A DNA stretch of 32,000 nucleotides from Polynucleobacter sp. AP-Elch-400A-B2. Its GTDB lineage: Bacteria; Pseudomonadota; Gammaproteobacteria; Burkholderiales; Burkholderiaceae. Positions within the stretch are counted from its first letter, which is position 1. Each line of letters opens with the position of its first letter. The notes under the pieces are model-generated. The model did no database searches and was not told the origin of the DNA. It saw only the letters and a list, made by a program, of their open reading frames with translations. The stretch is from NCBI RefSeq assembly GCF_018688355.1, contig NZ_CP061317.1:878066-910065 (forward strand), in the 5' to 3' direction. This document shows, piece by piece, positions 18,217 through 26,970 of the stretch. Position numbers and translations under genes: made by a program.

Positions 18217-18618
18217 ATGTTATTTCTTAGAGTATCGGTTTTTACTTTCTTCACACTTCTTGCATTTCAGACAAATGCTCAGCCATATCGAATGATTCCT
18301 GGCAATTGGTCTAATTCATGTCAAGCATCAGCTATGGAGGGGACAACTATGGTAGCGTCTTGTCAGAATGGGCGAGGCCAATGGGTAGCGGCAAGACTTA
18401 CAAATGCCACCCAATGTACGAATATCTCTGCACAAAACGGTCAATTGGTTTGCTCTGGGGGGCCGCCTCCTTCAGTAGGAACGTCAGGAGCGGGCGTATA
18501 CAACACAGGCTTAACTGGGCGTGCTTTAGAAAGATTTAACTATTGCATGAATTCTGGGTTGGGAAATGGGCGGGGATATTCAAACCCAACTTCATTTTGT
18601 GAGCAATGGGCTCAGTAA
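18217..18618 (+). CDS. secreted Cys-rich protein, possible CVNH (cyanovirin-N-like) half repeat
   Basis: Signal peptide MLFLRVSVFTFFTLLAFQTNAQ. NSCQASAMEGTTMVASCQNGRGQWVAARLTNATQCTNISAQNGQLVCSG fits the sC..g..L.A.C..G.w....l....i.n.nG.L pattern. AAAGGA RBS. Confidence 0.55.
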   Translation: MLFLRVSVFTFFTLLAFQTNAQPYRMIPGNWSNSCQASAMEGTTMVASCQNGRGQWVAARLTNATQCTNISAQNGQLVCSGGPPPSVGTSGAGVYNTGLTGRALERFNYCMNSGLGNGRGYSNPTSFCEQWAQ

Positions 18619-18726
18619 CATTCCAAGGTAAATCCAAAAGCTCGATTTGAGTACAACAAAATTAAAAAGAGCTTGGATCGAGCATCCTAGGCCTTGGTCG
18701 GCCTCTCCTCAGCACCATGAAACACT

Positions 18727-18754
18727 AAAACCACTTTCGGGTGGTTTTATTTTG
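18727..18754 (+). terminator. rho-independent terminator
   Basis: aaaccac-tttcgg-gtggttt followed by tatttt. Confidence 0.7.
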
Positions 18755-18882
18755 TCAGGTTAACCGACAAAATTAGTTAAGCTAGATAAATCTTTGACCC
18801 TGACGATTTAGTGTCGGTTTGACCCGACCGTGGAGTGTCGGGTTAAGTGACGGTCATTTAGGGTTGTTACGTGTAATGTCGT
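18752..18882. repeat. cluster of junction-type palindromic motifs (three motif-1 copies plus one inverted degenerate motif-2)
   Basis: ttgtcaggttaaccgacaa (18752), gtgtcggtttgacccgac (18811), gtgtcgggttaagtgacgg (18835), ttgttacgtgtaatgtcg (18865). ccctgacgatttagtgtcggtttgacc matches 9083-9109. Confidence 0.7.
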
Positions 18883-18899
18883 TTTAAACGCCAAATGCT

Positions 18900-20963
18900 C
18901 TATTTGTTCAATTGACGATTGACTACCGATTGTTCAGCAATTTTGATGCTACCTGAAACAAAGGGTATGACACCAAGCGCAATATGAATCTCGTGGGGAT
19001 AAATCACTTTGCCATTCGTAATCACAGTAGAAATTTTTCTAATGTCTTCAATATTACTAGTTGGGTCGCCATCTACAATGATTAAATCAGCAAGTTTATT
19101 AATCTCAATAGAGCCTCTATCCTGGAGTGTTTTGGTGACTTTAGCCCCATTCCATGTTGCAATTTGAAGAGCTTCTGCAGGAGAAATTCCAGCTTTGACG
19201 TAAAGCTCTAATTCACTATGTAATCCAAATCCTGCCAAGGTGTCAGTACCTGCAACAAGAGATACCCCGTTCTTATGCAGAAGACCTACAAACTCAATCA
19301 TTTTGTTGTACGAGTTTTTATATCTATTTGCGGTAACTGCATCCGGAATGTTCATAGTTCCAGTTTTAAAACTGCGCTGTAGATCTGGCGGTAAATGTTC
19401 GGCAATGCCGGCAAAAGGATCTGCCATTTCCCCATCTTGTTGCTTTATAAAATCAAATGCAGATAAGGTTGGATCAACGGTGATTTTTTTGTCTTTGAGT
19501 AACTTAATAAACTCTCTTACTTCCAGAGAATCAAGGTCTATTGAGCCAGTTTGCTCTGCTGGCAAATAAAACCTTTCCAATGTTCTTGTATCAGTCTTAT
19601 TGTCTGCTAAAAAGTTGAGCACTACTTGATTGATATGGTTTAGTTCATTAAATCCAGAATCAATCGCTTCATTAGCTTTCATAAACCCAGGAACATGACC
19701 TCCAACCGTCATTCCTTTTTCATGAGCATAGGTGCTGGTTTCCTTAACTAAGTCTTTGGGAAAAGAACTGTAAATTTTGATGTGACGATAACCATGCTCA
19801 AAATACCAATCAACAGATTCCTTTGCCTGAGCTAGGTTTTCGATCATGATTCCATCTGAGGAGGAGTATTCACTTTTACCTTCTATAAAGCCGGCAGGGA
19901 TGATGTGTGGAAACAGTAATTGATTATTTATACTTTCACTAATAATTTCTTGTACTTCTGTATTTGAATTACCCATATCACGAACTGTTGTCACGCCGGA
20001 AGACAAGTGATACAAGCCAGACCATTTATTAATATGGGTATGCATATCAAATAGTCCAGGTAGAAGTGTTTTTCCAGAGCCGTTTATCGTATCGCCTCCA
20101 AATTCAATTGGGGAATTGACTGAAGAAATTTTGACGATTCTTTTATTCTCGATCAATATGTCATGGGGTTCAGTCAAGGATGCATTCTCACTATCAAATA
20201 GACGAATATTTTTAATTAATAAAGCGCCATTGATTGGGTGTTGAAGTTCTTGGCTCTTTTGATGAAGAACTTTTTGATTTGCTAAATTTTGTTTTTCGCT
20301 AAGTGTTGCAAGACTTTCTTCCCAGCCTTTTTCTATTAAATATGAGTATCCAGGAATAATCGCGGCGAATAGTCTAGGATTATTTCCTGAAGTAGCCCAA
20401 AAAAAGTCTGGCTTTAGCCCCATGCCAACCTGCATAACCAGCTTTACGTTTTGTTGTTTTGAGTCTTTTTTGACAATGGTTTCATAGATAACTTCCTGTT
20501 TTAGGCCTCCAGAGGGAAGTAATGGCAAATAATTATTCTTGCTTTTGCTAAGAGCAGTAATCATTAATGAGTTCACTTCCCAAGAAGCATTCATGGGAAG
20601 AAAAAACCCACTTTGATTTATTTTTTTAGAGCCATCTTCAGAATTGGAGTGCCATGCAATTAAATTATTTTTAGCAGTAAATCTCTCGTTTACCTTGCCT
20701 CCCATTTCAGATGTACCTGAAACACGATAGTCTTTCATAGTGCCATCGGAGGCTAAAATTATGCGTTCTTCTAGGGTTGGCCCTCTACCATTTTCTTTAA
20801 AGTTAAAGCTAACGTCGACCTTATTACCGTGACGTTTAACGGTCTGATGACCTGCTTTGACCCCATTTTCTAGAAGGATGACATATTCCACTTCTGAAGA
20901 GTTGGCCAGCATGGGAGCCCATATAAATAAAAGGGTCAATAAAACTTTTTGAAAGGAGGTCAT
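18900..20963 (-). CDS. secreted metal-dependent amidohydrolase family protein with an extra N-terminal domain
   Basis: 687 aa with a signal peptide. LLPGLFDMHTHI (HxH), GGHVPG, VAGTDT and C-terminal ADLIIVDGDP typical of the amidohydrolase fold. Confidence 0.8.
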   Translation of the reverse strand: MTSFQKVLLTLLFIWAPMLANSSEVEYVILLENGVKAGHQTVKRHGNKVDVSFNFKENGRGPTLEERIILASDGTMKDYRVSGTSEMGGKVNERFTAKNNLIAWHSNSEDGSKKINQSGFFLPMNASWEVNSLMITALSKSKNNYLPLLPSGGLKQEVIYETIVKKDSKQQNVKLVMQVGMGLKPDFFWATSGNNPRLFAAIIPGYSYLIEKGWEESLATLSEKQNLANQKVLHQKSQELQHPINGALLIKNIRLFDSENASLTEPHDILIENKRIVKISSVNSPIEFGGDTINGSGKTLLPGLFDMHTHINKWSGLYHLSSGVTTVRDMGNSNTEVQEIISESINNQLLFPHIIPAGFIEGKSEYSSSDGIMIENLAQAKESVDWYFEHGYRHIKIYSSFPKDLVKETSTYAHEKGMTVGGHVPGFMKANEAIDSGFNELNHINQVVLNFLADNKTDTRTLERFYLPAEQTGSIDLDSLEVREFIKLLKDKKITVDPTLSAFDFIKQQDGEMADPFAGIAEHLPPDLQRSFKTGTMNIPDAVTANRYKNSYNKMIEFVGLLHKNGVSLVAGTDTLAGFGLHSELELYVKAGISPAEALQIATWNGAKVTKTLQDRGSIEINKLADLIIVDGDPTSNIEDIRKISTVITNGKVIYPHEIHIALGVIPFVSGSIKIAEQSVVNRQLNK

Positions 20964-21059
20964 GAAATAGGGGTAGTTAGAACAAAGAGAGCAATATACG
21001 CACTCTTTATTACTTAGTCATTACATTCATTCATTAATCTCGGGCCACCAATAATCAAA

Positions 21060-21080
21060 ATAGCCCATTTATTGGGCTAT
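21060..21080. terminator. hairpin atagccca-tttat-tgggctat with T-rich flanks on both strands
   Basis: Read directly. Downstream of the GNAT gene on the minus strand. Confidence 0.45.
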
Positions 21081-21314
21081 TTTCTTTTAAGGCAAGGCAG
21101 GCTATGCTTTATAAGCCTCAGGTTTTTTAAAGGGACAAATCTTGGCGTCCTGAGGCATTGACTTAAACGATGCTCAATTCTTAGTAACGAAATACAGTGA
21201 ACTTCATTTAGTATTTTGCTAAATTAATTAAGCGAATAATCTAAGGCCATGATGTTCAAAGATATCTGTACAAGCATTGGCTATTTATTCGAGCTATTAG
21301 AGCAGTTGATCTTA

Positions 21315-21962
21315 CTAAGTTCTGAAAGCTAGGCCAAGCTGATGAAATGGAGACATCGATAACCAATTACGATTGGCAACAATCATTTGTTCTTTGAAAA
21401 AGGTCGCTGGCGTTGGTGGCTGTAGTATCAAGTTAACTTCTGAATCACCCATCATGTTGCGGGGCACTAAGCCATGTTTTTGGCACAAGTGCTTAATCGG
21501 CCTATTCCAGCTAATACAGTGCATGAATAAATCTTTGTAGTAACGATTACGAGCCCAGGTAATAGCCTCATCCATCATCCGATTGGCGATGCCTTGCTTA
21601 CGATATAGCAAGCTAACAATCACGCCAAACTCCACTTCTTGTTCATGAGTAGCAATATGAATCGTGCCAGCCCACCTGCCATTAATCTTAGCAACAAGGA
21701 AATGATTTCTTTTGGAATTGCTTACAAGCTGGTCAATTAGCAGATCAATTGCCTCTTGGCCCATTGTGTAGCCGAAATAGTCATGAAGAGTTTGCGGATC
21801 TTGGTCTTTTAACCAAGATCCATATTTTGAGTACTGATTTCGCAATAGAAACTCAGTAGTCAGCATGGCATTACTCAATATGACTATGAGTTCTGTAATA
21901 TTTTGCTTGCTGGGTTCTAGCTTCGATCCAAGCGAACCATAGGTCTTGGAATACTCGTCCAA
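21315..21962 (-). CDS. GNAT family N-acetyltransferase (start uncertain; TTG at 21962)
   Basis: Motif A-like LLYRKQGIANRMMDEAITWA plus a beta-strand-rich core. Confidence 0.7.
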   Translation of the reverse strand: MDEYSKTYGSLGSKLEPSKQNITELIVILSNAMLTTEFLLRNQYSKYGSWLKDQDPQTLHDYFGYTMGQEAIDLLIDQLVSNSKRNHFLVAKINGRWAGTIHIATHEQEVEFGVIVSLLYRKQGIANRMMDEAITWARNRYYKDLFMHCISWNRPIKHLCQKHGLVPRNMMGDSEVNLILQPPTPATFFKEQMIVANRNWLSMSPFHQLGLAFRT

Positions 21963-21975
21963 TCTTTTTCATGAT

Positions 21976-22137
21976 TTAAAGCCCCCTTGAAGTGTCGAAG
22001 TGATACAGATAGTCACGAGTCAGTTCTTCAACTTGCTGATGGCTAACAGGGTTGCGGCTGTTGATATATCGCTCTAAATCATTGCCCTTGGACTGGTTGC
22101 CAAAGACTTGATTCAAGAGACTCAATAATTGTGTCAT
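21976..22137 (-). CDS. small hypothetical protein (53 aa)
   Basis: My translation: MTQLLSLLNQVFGNQSKGNDLERYINSRNPVSHQQVEELTRDYLYHFDTSRGL. It ends 13 nt before the GNAT start. Confidence 0.3.
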   Translation of the reverse strand: MTQLLSLLNQVFGNQSKGNDLERYINSRNPVSHQQVEELTRDYLYHFDTSRGL

Positions 22138-22389
22138 TTAAGGCTCCTTATCTAAAATATGTTAGGGTTAATACTTAGTCAGTATGTGCTTTATTTGTGA
22201 ATATTGCATGACAGCAAAGCACTATTGGCTAATAAAACCCTTTTATTTATATTAAAAATGCAAGATTTTTAACTAAGGCCCTAAAAGGAATAAAAAATAG
22301 ATCAATTTGATTTTGGCACTCAAAATGTCAATATAAAGTTACAGGATAGAATGTAAATCCAACTTTATTCAACGAGAAAGGATACTTCT

Positions 22390-22566
22390 ATGGACGCATT
22401 GCAAGAGACTGTTGAGAAATTAAAAGAGACTGGAACCATCGGTCTAGAAGACTTTAGAAGTCTGAAGATGAAAGAGCTTGAAGTCCTTGCCGAAGAAATC
22501 AAAGAGTGGTGTCTTTATGGCAATGGCAAACCCGAGAAACTTGGTAAGAAACATAAAAAGCATTAA
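22390..22566 (+). CDS. small hypothetical protein (58 aa)
   Basis: AAAGGA upstream. MDALQETVEKLKETGTIGLEDFRSLKMKELEVLAEEIKEWCLYGNGKPEKLGKKHKKH. Confidence 0.4.
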   Translation: MDALQETVEKLKETGTIGLEDFRSLKMKELEVLAEEIKEWCLYGNGKPEKLGKKHKKH

Positions 22567-22569
22567 AGC

Positions 22570-22749
22570 CTAATCTTCTAAATCCTCGCTACTGTCATCT
22601 ACTCGGTATTCCAGTTGTATTTTCTTCAATACCGGATGTAAAAGTGGGTCCGTATCCTTTGGCGATGGATCAGTTAAATGGTAGAAGCCATAAAAGGGTA
22701 TGGGTTCTTTTTCAGCAAGCTCACGATCTTCAGTAGTAAAGGTAGTCAT
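22570..22749 (-). CDS. small hypothetical protein (59 aa)
   Basis: AGGGGAG upstream. MTTFTTEDRELAEKEPIPFYGFYHLTDPSPKDTDPLLHPVLKKIQLEYRVDDSSEDLED. Confidence 0.4.
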   Translation of the reverse strand: MTTFTTEDRELAEKEPIPFYGFYHLTDPSPKDTDPLLHPVLKKIQLEYRVDDSSEDLED

Positions 22750-22928
22750 TAGTGCTCCCCTTAAATTGATTAGCAGTGGTTACCTATGGGCTGTTAGAGC
22801 AAACTGAGGAGACCGGAAAGGAGCAGAATTGCTCTTCATCTCCCATAAGTAGATTGCATTCTCAATCAATAAATATGACAAATCTATCTTTAACTGAAAT
22901 ATTGAGGGCTAAATTTTAAGAGGTGAAA

Positions 22929-22970
22929 TTGTCACATTTGAGCTTGATAAAACGACTTCAAATGTGACAA
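22929..22970. promoter_or_regulatory. 13-bp perfect inverted repeat ttgtcacatttga-N16-tcaaatgtgacaa
   Basis: Read directly. About 80 nt upstream of the 77-aa gene. Confidence 0.5.
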
Positions 22971-23051
22971 AGAGTTTTAAGTATTCATAGAGATGTCATG
23001 AGAAAAGTGGAGCATTACAGTCAAGTTCAATAAAAATTGAAGGAGATAAAA

Positions 23052-23285
23052 ATGCTAAATCAAAATCTAAGTGACAAAATTATTGAATTAAGAAGAATGT
23101 CTGCTGAGTATTATCAGAAGGCAGCCTGGAATCAGTTATTAGCGCTAGATAACTACAGAGAAAATAATTTCGTTGCTTCAGAGCGTTTTGCGCAACTGTC
23201 ATTTGAAGATCAGATGAATGCGACGGAATGTGCAGAGCTAGCTGACGCAGAATTTTGCCTGCATCTCGAGCTGGAGTTTGAATAA
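23052..23285 (+). CDS. hypothetical protein (77 aa from ATG 23052)
   Basis: GAAGGAG lies 6 nt upstream of ATG 23052. Confidence 0.5.
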   Translation: MLNQNLSDKIIELRRMSAEYYQKAAWNQLLALDNYRENNFVASERFAQLSFEDQMNATECAELADAEFCLHLELEFE

Positions 23286-23407
23286 TCAGACTGAATGCTT
23301 GACAAGAATAGCTTGGCCCATTGGACCAAATCGTTTCTTAATCGAGATTTAGCTCGAAATCATCATTAAGTCTTAATTTAACTTGATGTATAGGAGGTGA
23401 GGCCTGA

Positions 23408-23752
23408 ATGAGTACATTATTGATCGCAGTTTTGAGTATCTGTTTTTCTGTACTTGCTCAGTTTCTGCTCAAGTCAGGCATTCAGGGATTGAGTCCCGAC
23501 GGATTTTCGGCCTACTTACACTTGGCAAAAAATTGGAAGATATGGGCTGGATTTGCATGCTACTCGACCTCGGCCTTAATTTGGCTGCGGGTGCTGGCTG
23601 ATTGGGATGTAAGTAAGGCTTACCCAATGATGGGTATAGGCTTTGTACTGACCTTGTTGGTGGGCTTGTTGCACGGAGAGCCTATCACTACAAGTCGAAT
23701 CATTGGAGTGGCTGCAATTTTTATCGGTGTAATTTTAGTAGCGAGAAGCTAG
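23408..23752 (+). CDS. small EamA/DMT half-transporter, ArnE/ArnF-like (lipid-linked sugar or amine flippase subunit type)
   Basis: 114 aa with four hydrophobic segments. Pattern VLAQFLLKSG .. SKAYPMMGIGFVL .. GEPIT..RIIGVAAIFIGVILV is typical of this family. AGGAGG RBS. Confidence 0.7.
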   Translation: MSTLLIAVLSICFSVLAQFLLKSGIQGLSPDGFSAYLHLAKNWKIWAGFACYSTSALIWLRVLADWDVSKAYPMMGIGFVLTLLVGLLHGEPITTSRIIGVAAIFIGVILVARS

Positions 23753-23786
23753 TTTTTTAAACTTGCTAACAATTCATCATCAATGG

Positions 23787-24830
23787 CTATGCACCTAGTT
23801 CAATTAAATCTTGTGCCTTTAAGGGTGCAGTTTTTTTTGCCACTAAAGCAAGAGTAAACTTTTTAATATTACAGCTATTAAGCGGACAGATGAGATAGGT
23901 GTACTCTAGGTAAGCTATACCCCCCCTTTTTCTTTTAAAGTCACCAGCTCCCGAGCTGTAATTCAATAATAGTCGTTGATCTTTTGTATATGTATAGATC
24001 GCTGCAAAAAGCACTCTATATGATCCTTCAAGATTGAATTTAGTGTCGTAACCTAGCGCCGGGACTGTCAATGTATGACCGGTTCTTAGAAGCAATGCAA
24101 AAGAGTAAATCTGCTGATCTGGCACACGTACAACAAGGCATGACATCACCCCTTGATTAACTACATCATCAAAGAATTGAGTTGTGTATTGAGGGTTTAA
24201 TAAAGAATGCTTATGAAGATAGATTTTTTGATACAGATCATGAATTTGCATCAGACTATCTTGGTCAAGCTTGCTGCAAACTTGTACATCTAGATTAAGT
24301 TTTTTTAGAAGCGCAAGATCCCTTTTAAGGTGTGATGGTATTGGCTTATTTTCATCACGTAAATCAAATTCATAGATCACTCGAGAGGGGATGCCAAAAT
24401 ATCCGAGTGACTTTAAATTACTAATGAGTGTTGGATGCCTATGGGGCAAGAGATTTCGAACGCCGATGTAGTAGCCAGGATTTAATCTACTCATTTTACT
24501 TGCAATACTCAGCAGTTCATTTTCCTGTTCCGTATTCCAAATCGAGGTTGAGATTGGATAATTCCCAATAAATATGGTTTTATCAATGCCCAAAAAATAA
24601 GAAAGTTTTCCAAGTGCCGCGATTAAAAGAGCAACAACAGGTTGGTGTCTACACTCATGGGTTAAATAGTCAAACCAGCCACTCCTCGGTGAAAAAAGAT
24701 AGCTGGTATTTTTTTGTCGTATGGGAAAGGCAATACTGATAGGCACTTTCGTATCGCCCTCCCATAACAAGGTAGCGCATGCATTGCTAACCCAATCTGT
24801 TAGCTTCACCATGGGCCATTTATCAGTCAT
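23787..24830 (-). CDS. GNAT-fold, FemAB / BioF2-like (Acetyltransf_6-type) acyl- or aminoacyl-transferase, tentative
   Basis: 347 aa. The C-terminal segment ALGYDTKFNLEGSYRVLFAAIYTYTKDQRLLLNYSSGAGDFKRKRGG resembles the ..G...FK...G end of that family. Separated by 12 nt from the btaA-like gene. Confidence 0.5.
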   Translation of the reverse strand: MTDKWPMVKLTDWVSNACATLLWEGDTKVPISIAFPIRQKNTSYLFSPRSGWFDYLTHECRHQPVVALLIAALGKLSYFLGIDKTIFIGNYPISTSIWNTEQENELLSIASKMSRLNPGYYIGVRNLLPHRHPTLISNLKSLGYFGIPSRVIYEFDLRDENKPIPSHLKRDLALLKKLNLDVQVCSKLDQDSLMQIHDLYQKIYLHKHSLLNPQYTTQFFDDVVNQGVMSCLVVRVPDQQIYSFALLLRTGHTLTVPALGYDTKFNLEGSYRVLFAAIYTYTKDQRLLLNYSSGAGDFKRKRGGIAYLEYTYLICPLNSCNIKKFTLALVAKKTAPLKAQDLIELGA

Positions 24831-24842
24831 ATTACTAAGATC

Positions 24843-26093
24843 TTAGGTAGTCAATTCATAAAGATGGAAGCCGCCATAAATTGCAGAGCGATCCTCATGA
24901 ATGAGTTGATCTGATGCAGCGTGATTTCGCTTCCATAGAGCATTTAAATCCTCACTCAGGGCTGCTTCAATTGGTGAGGACTTACCGGCGGTTCTGAAAA
25001 CAATTCTGGCGCCTGGGTTAGCTGTCCGAGTAATTTCTGTCCACAAGGTACATATTTCTTCTGCTGCCATCCAATCTTGGGCATCGAGTAGCACCACTGC
25101 ATCAACTGAATTGGCTGGCATACGCTTGAGAGCATCTAGTACATTATTTTGCTCTATAGAGAGTCTGTCGATGTTATTGCGTATGAGTTCAAAGTACTGT
25201 TCTTGCAAATACAGCGGCTTATTTGTTGGGTTATTGTGATCATAGCTTCTGCCGTAGGCCTGACAGGCGAAGTAATTGTTGTTGATATTATCAATCGTTG
25301 CCAATTTTCTGGCTCGTTCTTTGAGGACCTGTGCCATGCTCTCAGGGCGATCTTCGCAAAGGCTGGCATGCTGGCTTGGTGGTATGCCCAGATTGTATAA
25401 AGCTACTGGGCTACCCATAATCTTTTTCACTAGTCTAGAGTCAAATATCTTAGCTACATTTTCATCAAACCATTTTCCTTGGGCCTCTATTGAAGGTTGC
25501 TTTAGCAGATCATCTAATTTGACACGATAGAGTTTGGCACTTATGTGAATTAATCCAATGAGCTTGCCGAGTAAGCCGTATTTATAAAACCCTTTTTCAA
25601 ACATGCGGATACGCTCAAAACCTTTAATACCACCTTCCCAGTAGTCTCGTGTAGCTTTATTTAACTGAGGTGCTAGCAGATCTCTGTATAGCCTAGGATT
25701 ATTCACTGATTTTGCTTCGCCAAAAAACTTATAGAAATTCTTATATTCGAGTCTTCTAATTCCCTCCATCTTTAGATGCACTAATGCGACATGAGTATGG
25801 TTTAGATCTACTGCAGTAATTTTTTTAGGGCTAGCGGTGAGGTAGGAGAGGGCATTACAACCGCCAGAAGCAATTGTGATGAGATGATCTGTAGGTTTTA
25901 GTTCAAGAGCTTTGAGATCAACTACGGGGTCTTCCCAAATTTGAGGATAGACTAAGCGCTCAAACCAAAGGGCAAAAAGCCGATCATGCAGTGAGATCTT
26001 TTTCTTTTTTGCGTATACAGCGTCTTTGAGGAGTTTTTTTGAGCGCGATAGGTTTGACTCGGGTAGTGCTGTAAGGTTATCCATGGCTTTCAT
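24843..26093 (-). CDS. BtaA-like protein (DUF3419; SAM:diacylglycerol 3-amino-3-carboxypropyl transferase family)
   Basis: YPQIWEDPVVDLKALELKPTDHLITIASGGCNALSYLTASPKKITAVDLNHTHVALVHLK matches the conserved BtaA N-terminal block (Q.WEDP..D..AL.......SGGCN.L.YL...P..I.AVDLN). Confidence 0.7.
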   Translation of the reverse strand: MKAMDNLTALPESNLSRSKKLLKDAVYAKKKKISLHDRLFALWFERLVYPQIWEDPVVDLKALELKPTDHLITIASGGCNALSYLTASPKKITAVDLNHTHVALVHLKMEGIRRLEYKNFYKFFGEAKSVNNPRLYRDLLAPQLNKATRDYWEGGIKGFERIRMFEKGFYKYGLLGKLIGLIHISAKLYRVKLDDLLKQPSIEAQGKWFDENVAKIFDSRLVKKIMGSPVALYNLGIPPSQHASLCEDRPESMAQVLKERARKLATIDNINNNYFACQAYGRSYDHNNPTNKPLYLQEQYFELIRNNIDRLSIEQNNVLDALKRMPANSVDAVVLLDAQDWMAAEEICTLWTEITRTANPGARIVFRTAGKSSPIEAALSEDLNALWKRNHAASDQLIHEDRSAIYGGFHLYELTT

Positions 26094-26209
26094 TGATTAG
26101 TTAACATAAGATCATTAAAGTCATAAATCAAGTCAAAGTAGTGACACATTTATTACGAATTTATTTAACCTCACTAGTGAGTTGTTATATCAAAGTCATC
26201 AAACTGACA

Positions 26210-26227
26210 CCAAATGTTCACATTTGG
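26210..26227. promoter_or_regulatory. palindrome ccaaatg-ttca-catttgg in the btaA-like / SRPBCC divergent promoter region
   Basis: Read directly. It shares cacatttg with the 22929 inverted repeat. Confidence 0.35.
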
Positions 26228-26266
26228 GCATCATCATGAAGTCATTCATCATCGGATTTAATTAAT

Positions 26267-26869
26267 ATGCTTGTAAATTTTAAAAGCCCATCTCTCTATT
26301 TCAATATATTGATATGGTTAGCATATTTTGTTTGTTCTACGGTAACTGCTCAACCTGCATTTGATATAAAGGTCTCAATAGAAAGGTCTGGCGCAAATTT
26401 TCAAGTGCATGCTAGTTATGTTGTACCGGTAGGTGAATGCTATGCCTACGCTTTTTTAACTGACTATGAAGCTGCTAAAAATATTCCAGGCATCAGTGAG
26501 TCTAAAGTGATTCATCGCAATGCGAATAAAGTGAAAGTCGAAAGGGTTGCAGAGGAGCGGGTACTGTTTATTCCAATATACTTGCGCTCCCTTTTGGAAT
26601 TTTCTGAAATTTCAGATAAGCGTCTAGAATTTATTCAGCTAGAAGGAGACGCTAAATCTTATAAGGGTAGTTGGGTAATTGAACCTGATAAAAATGGTAC
26701 ACGTTTTATCCATCATGCCAGTTTTGAGTTAGAGACCTCAATCCCACTATTTATTATTCAATATTTCCTAGAAAATAGTGCCAGAAAGCGCTTTGAAGTC
26801 ATGGCTGAGCGGGTCACTCAACAGCAAATTACTTCAAATGCCAACTGCAAGAAATATCCATCGCTGTAA
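26267..26869 (+). CDS. SRPBCC (START/polyketide-cyclase-like) lipid-binding family protein with signal peptide
   Basis: 200 aa with a hydrophobic N-terminus. YKGSWVIEPDKNGTRFIHHASFELETSIPLFIIQYFLENSARKRF is typical of SRPBCC C-terminal strands plus helix. Confidence 0.6.
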   Translation: MLVNFKSPSLYFNILIWLAYFVCSTVTAQPAFDIKVSIERSGANFQVHASYVVPVGECYAYAFLTDYEAAKNIPGISESKVIHRNANKVKVERVAEERVLFIPIYLRSLLEFSEISDKRLEFIQLEGDAKSYKGSWVIEPDKNGTRFIHHASFELETSIPLFIIQYFLENSARKRFEVMAERVTQQQITSNANCKKYPSL

Positions 26870-26970
26870 TTCTATTTAATAGATCTTGTGGCGACAATTT
26901 CCCTCCATTTGCCTTTGGATCTAATAATGGTTAAATTACTGTAGCAAAGCAGTTGAAATCTAAGGGGCGT

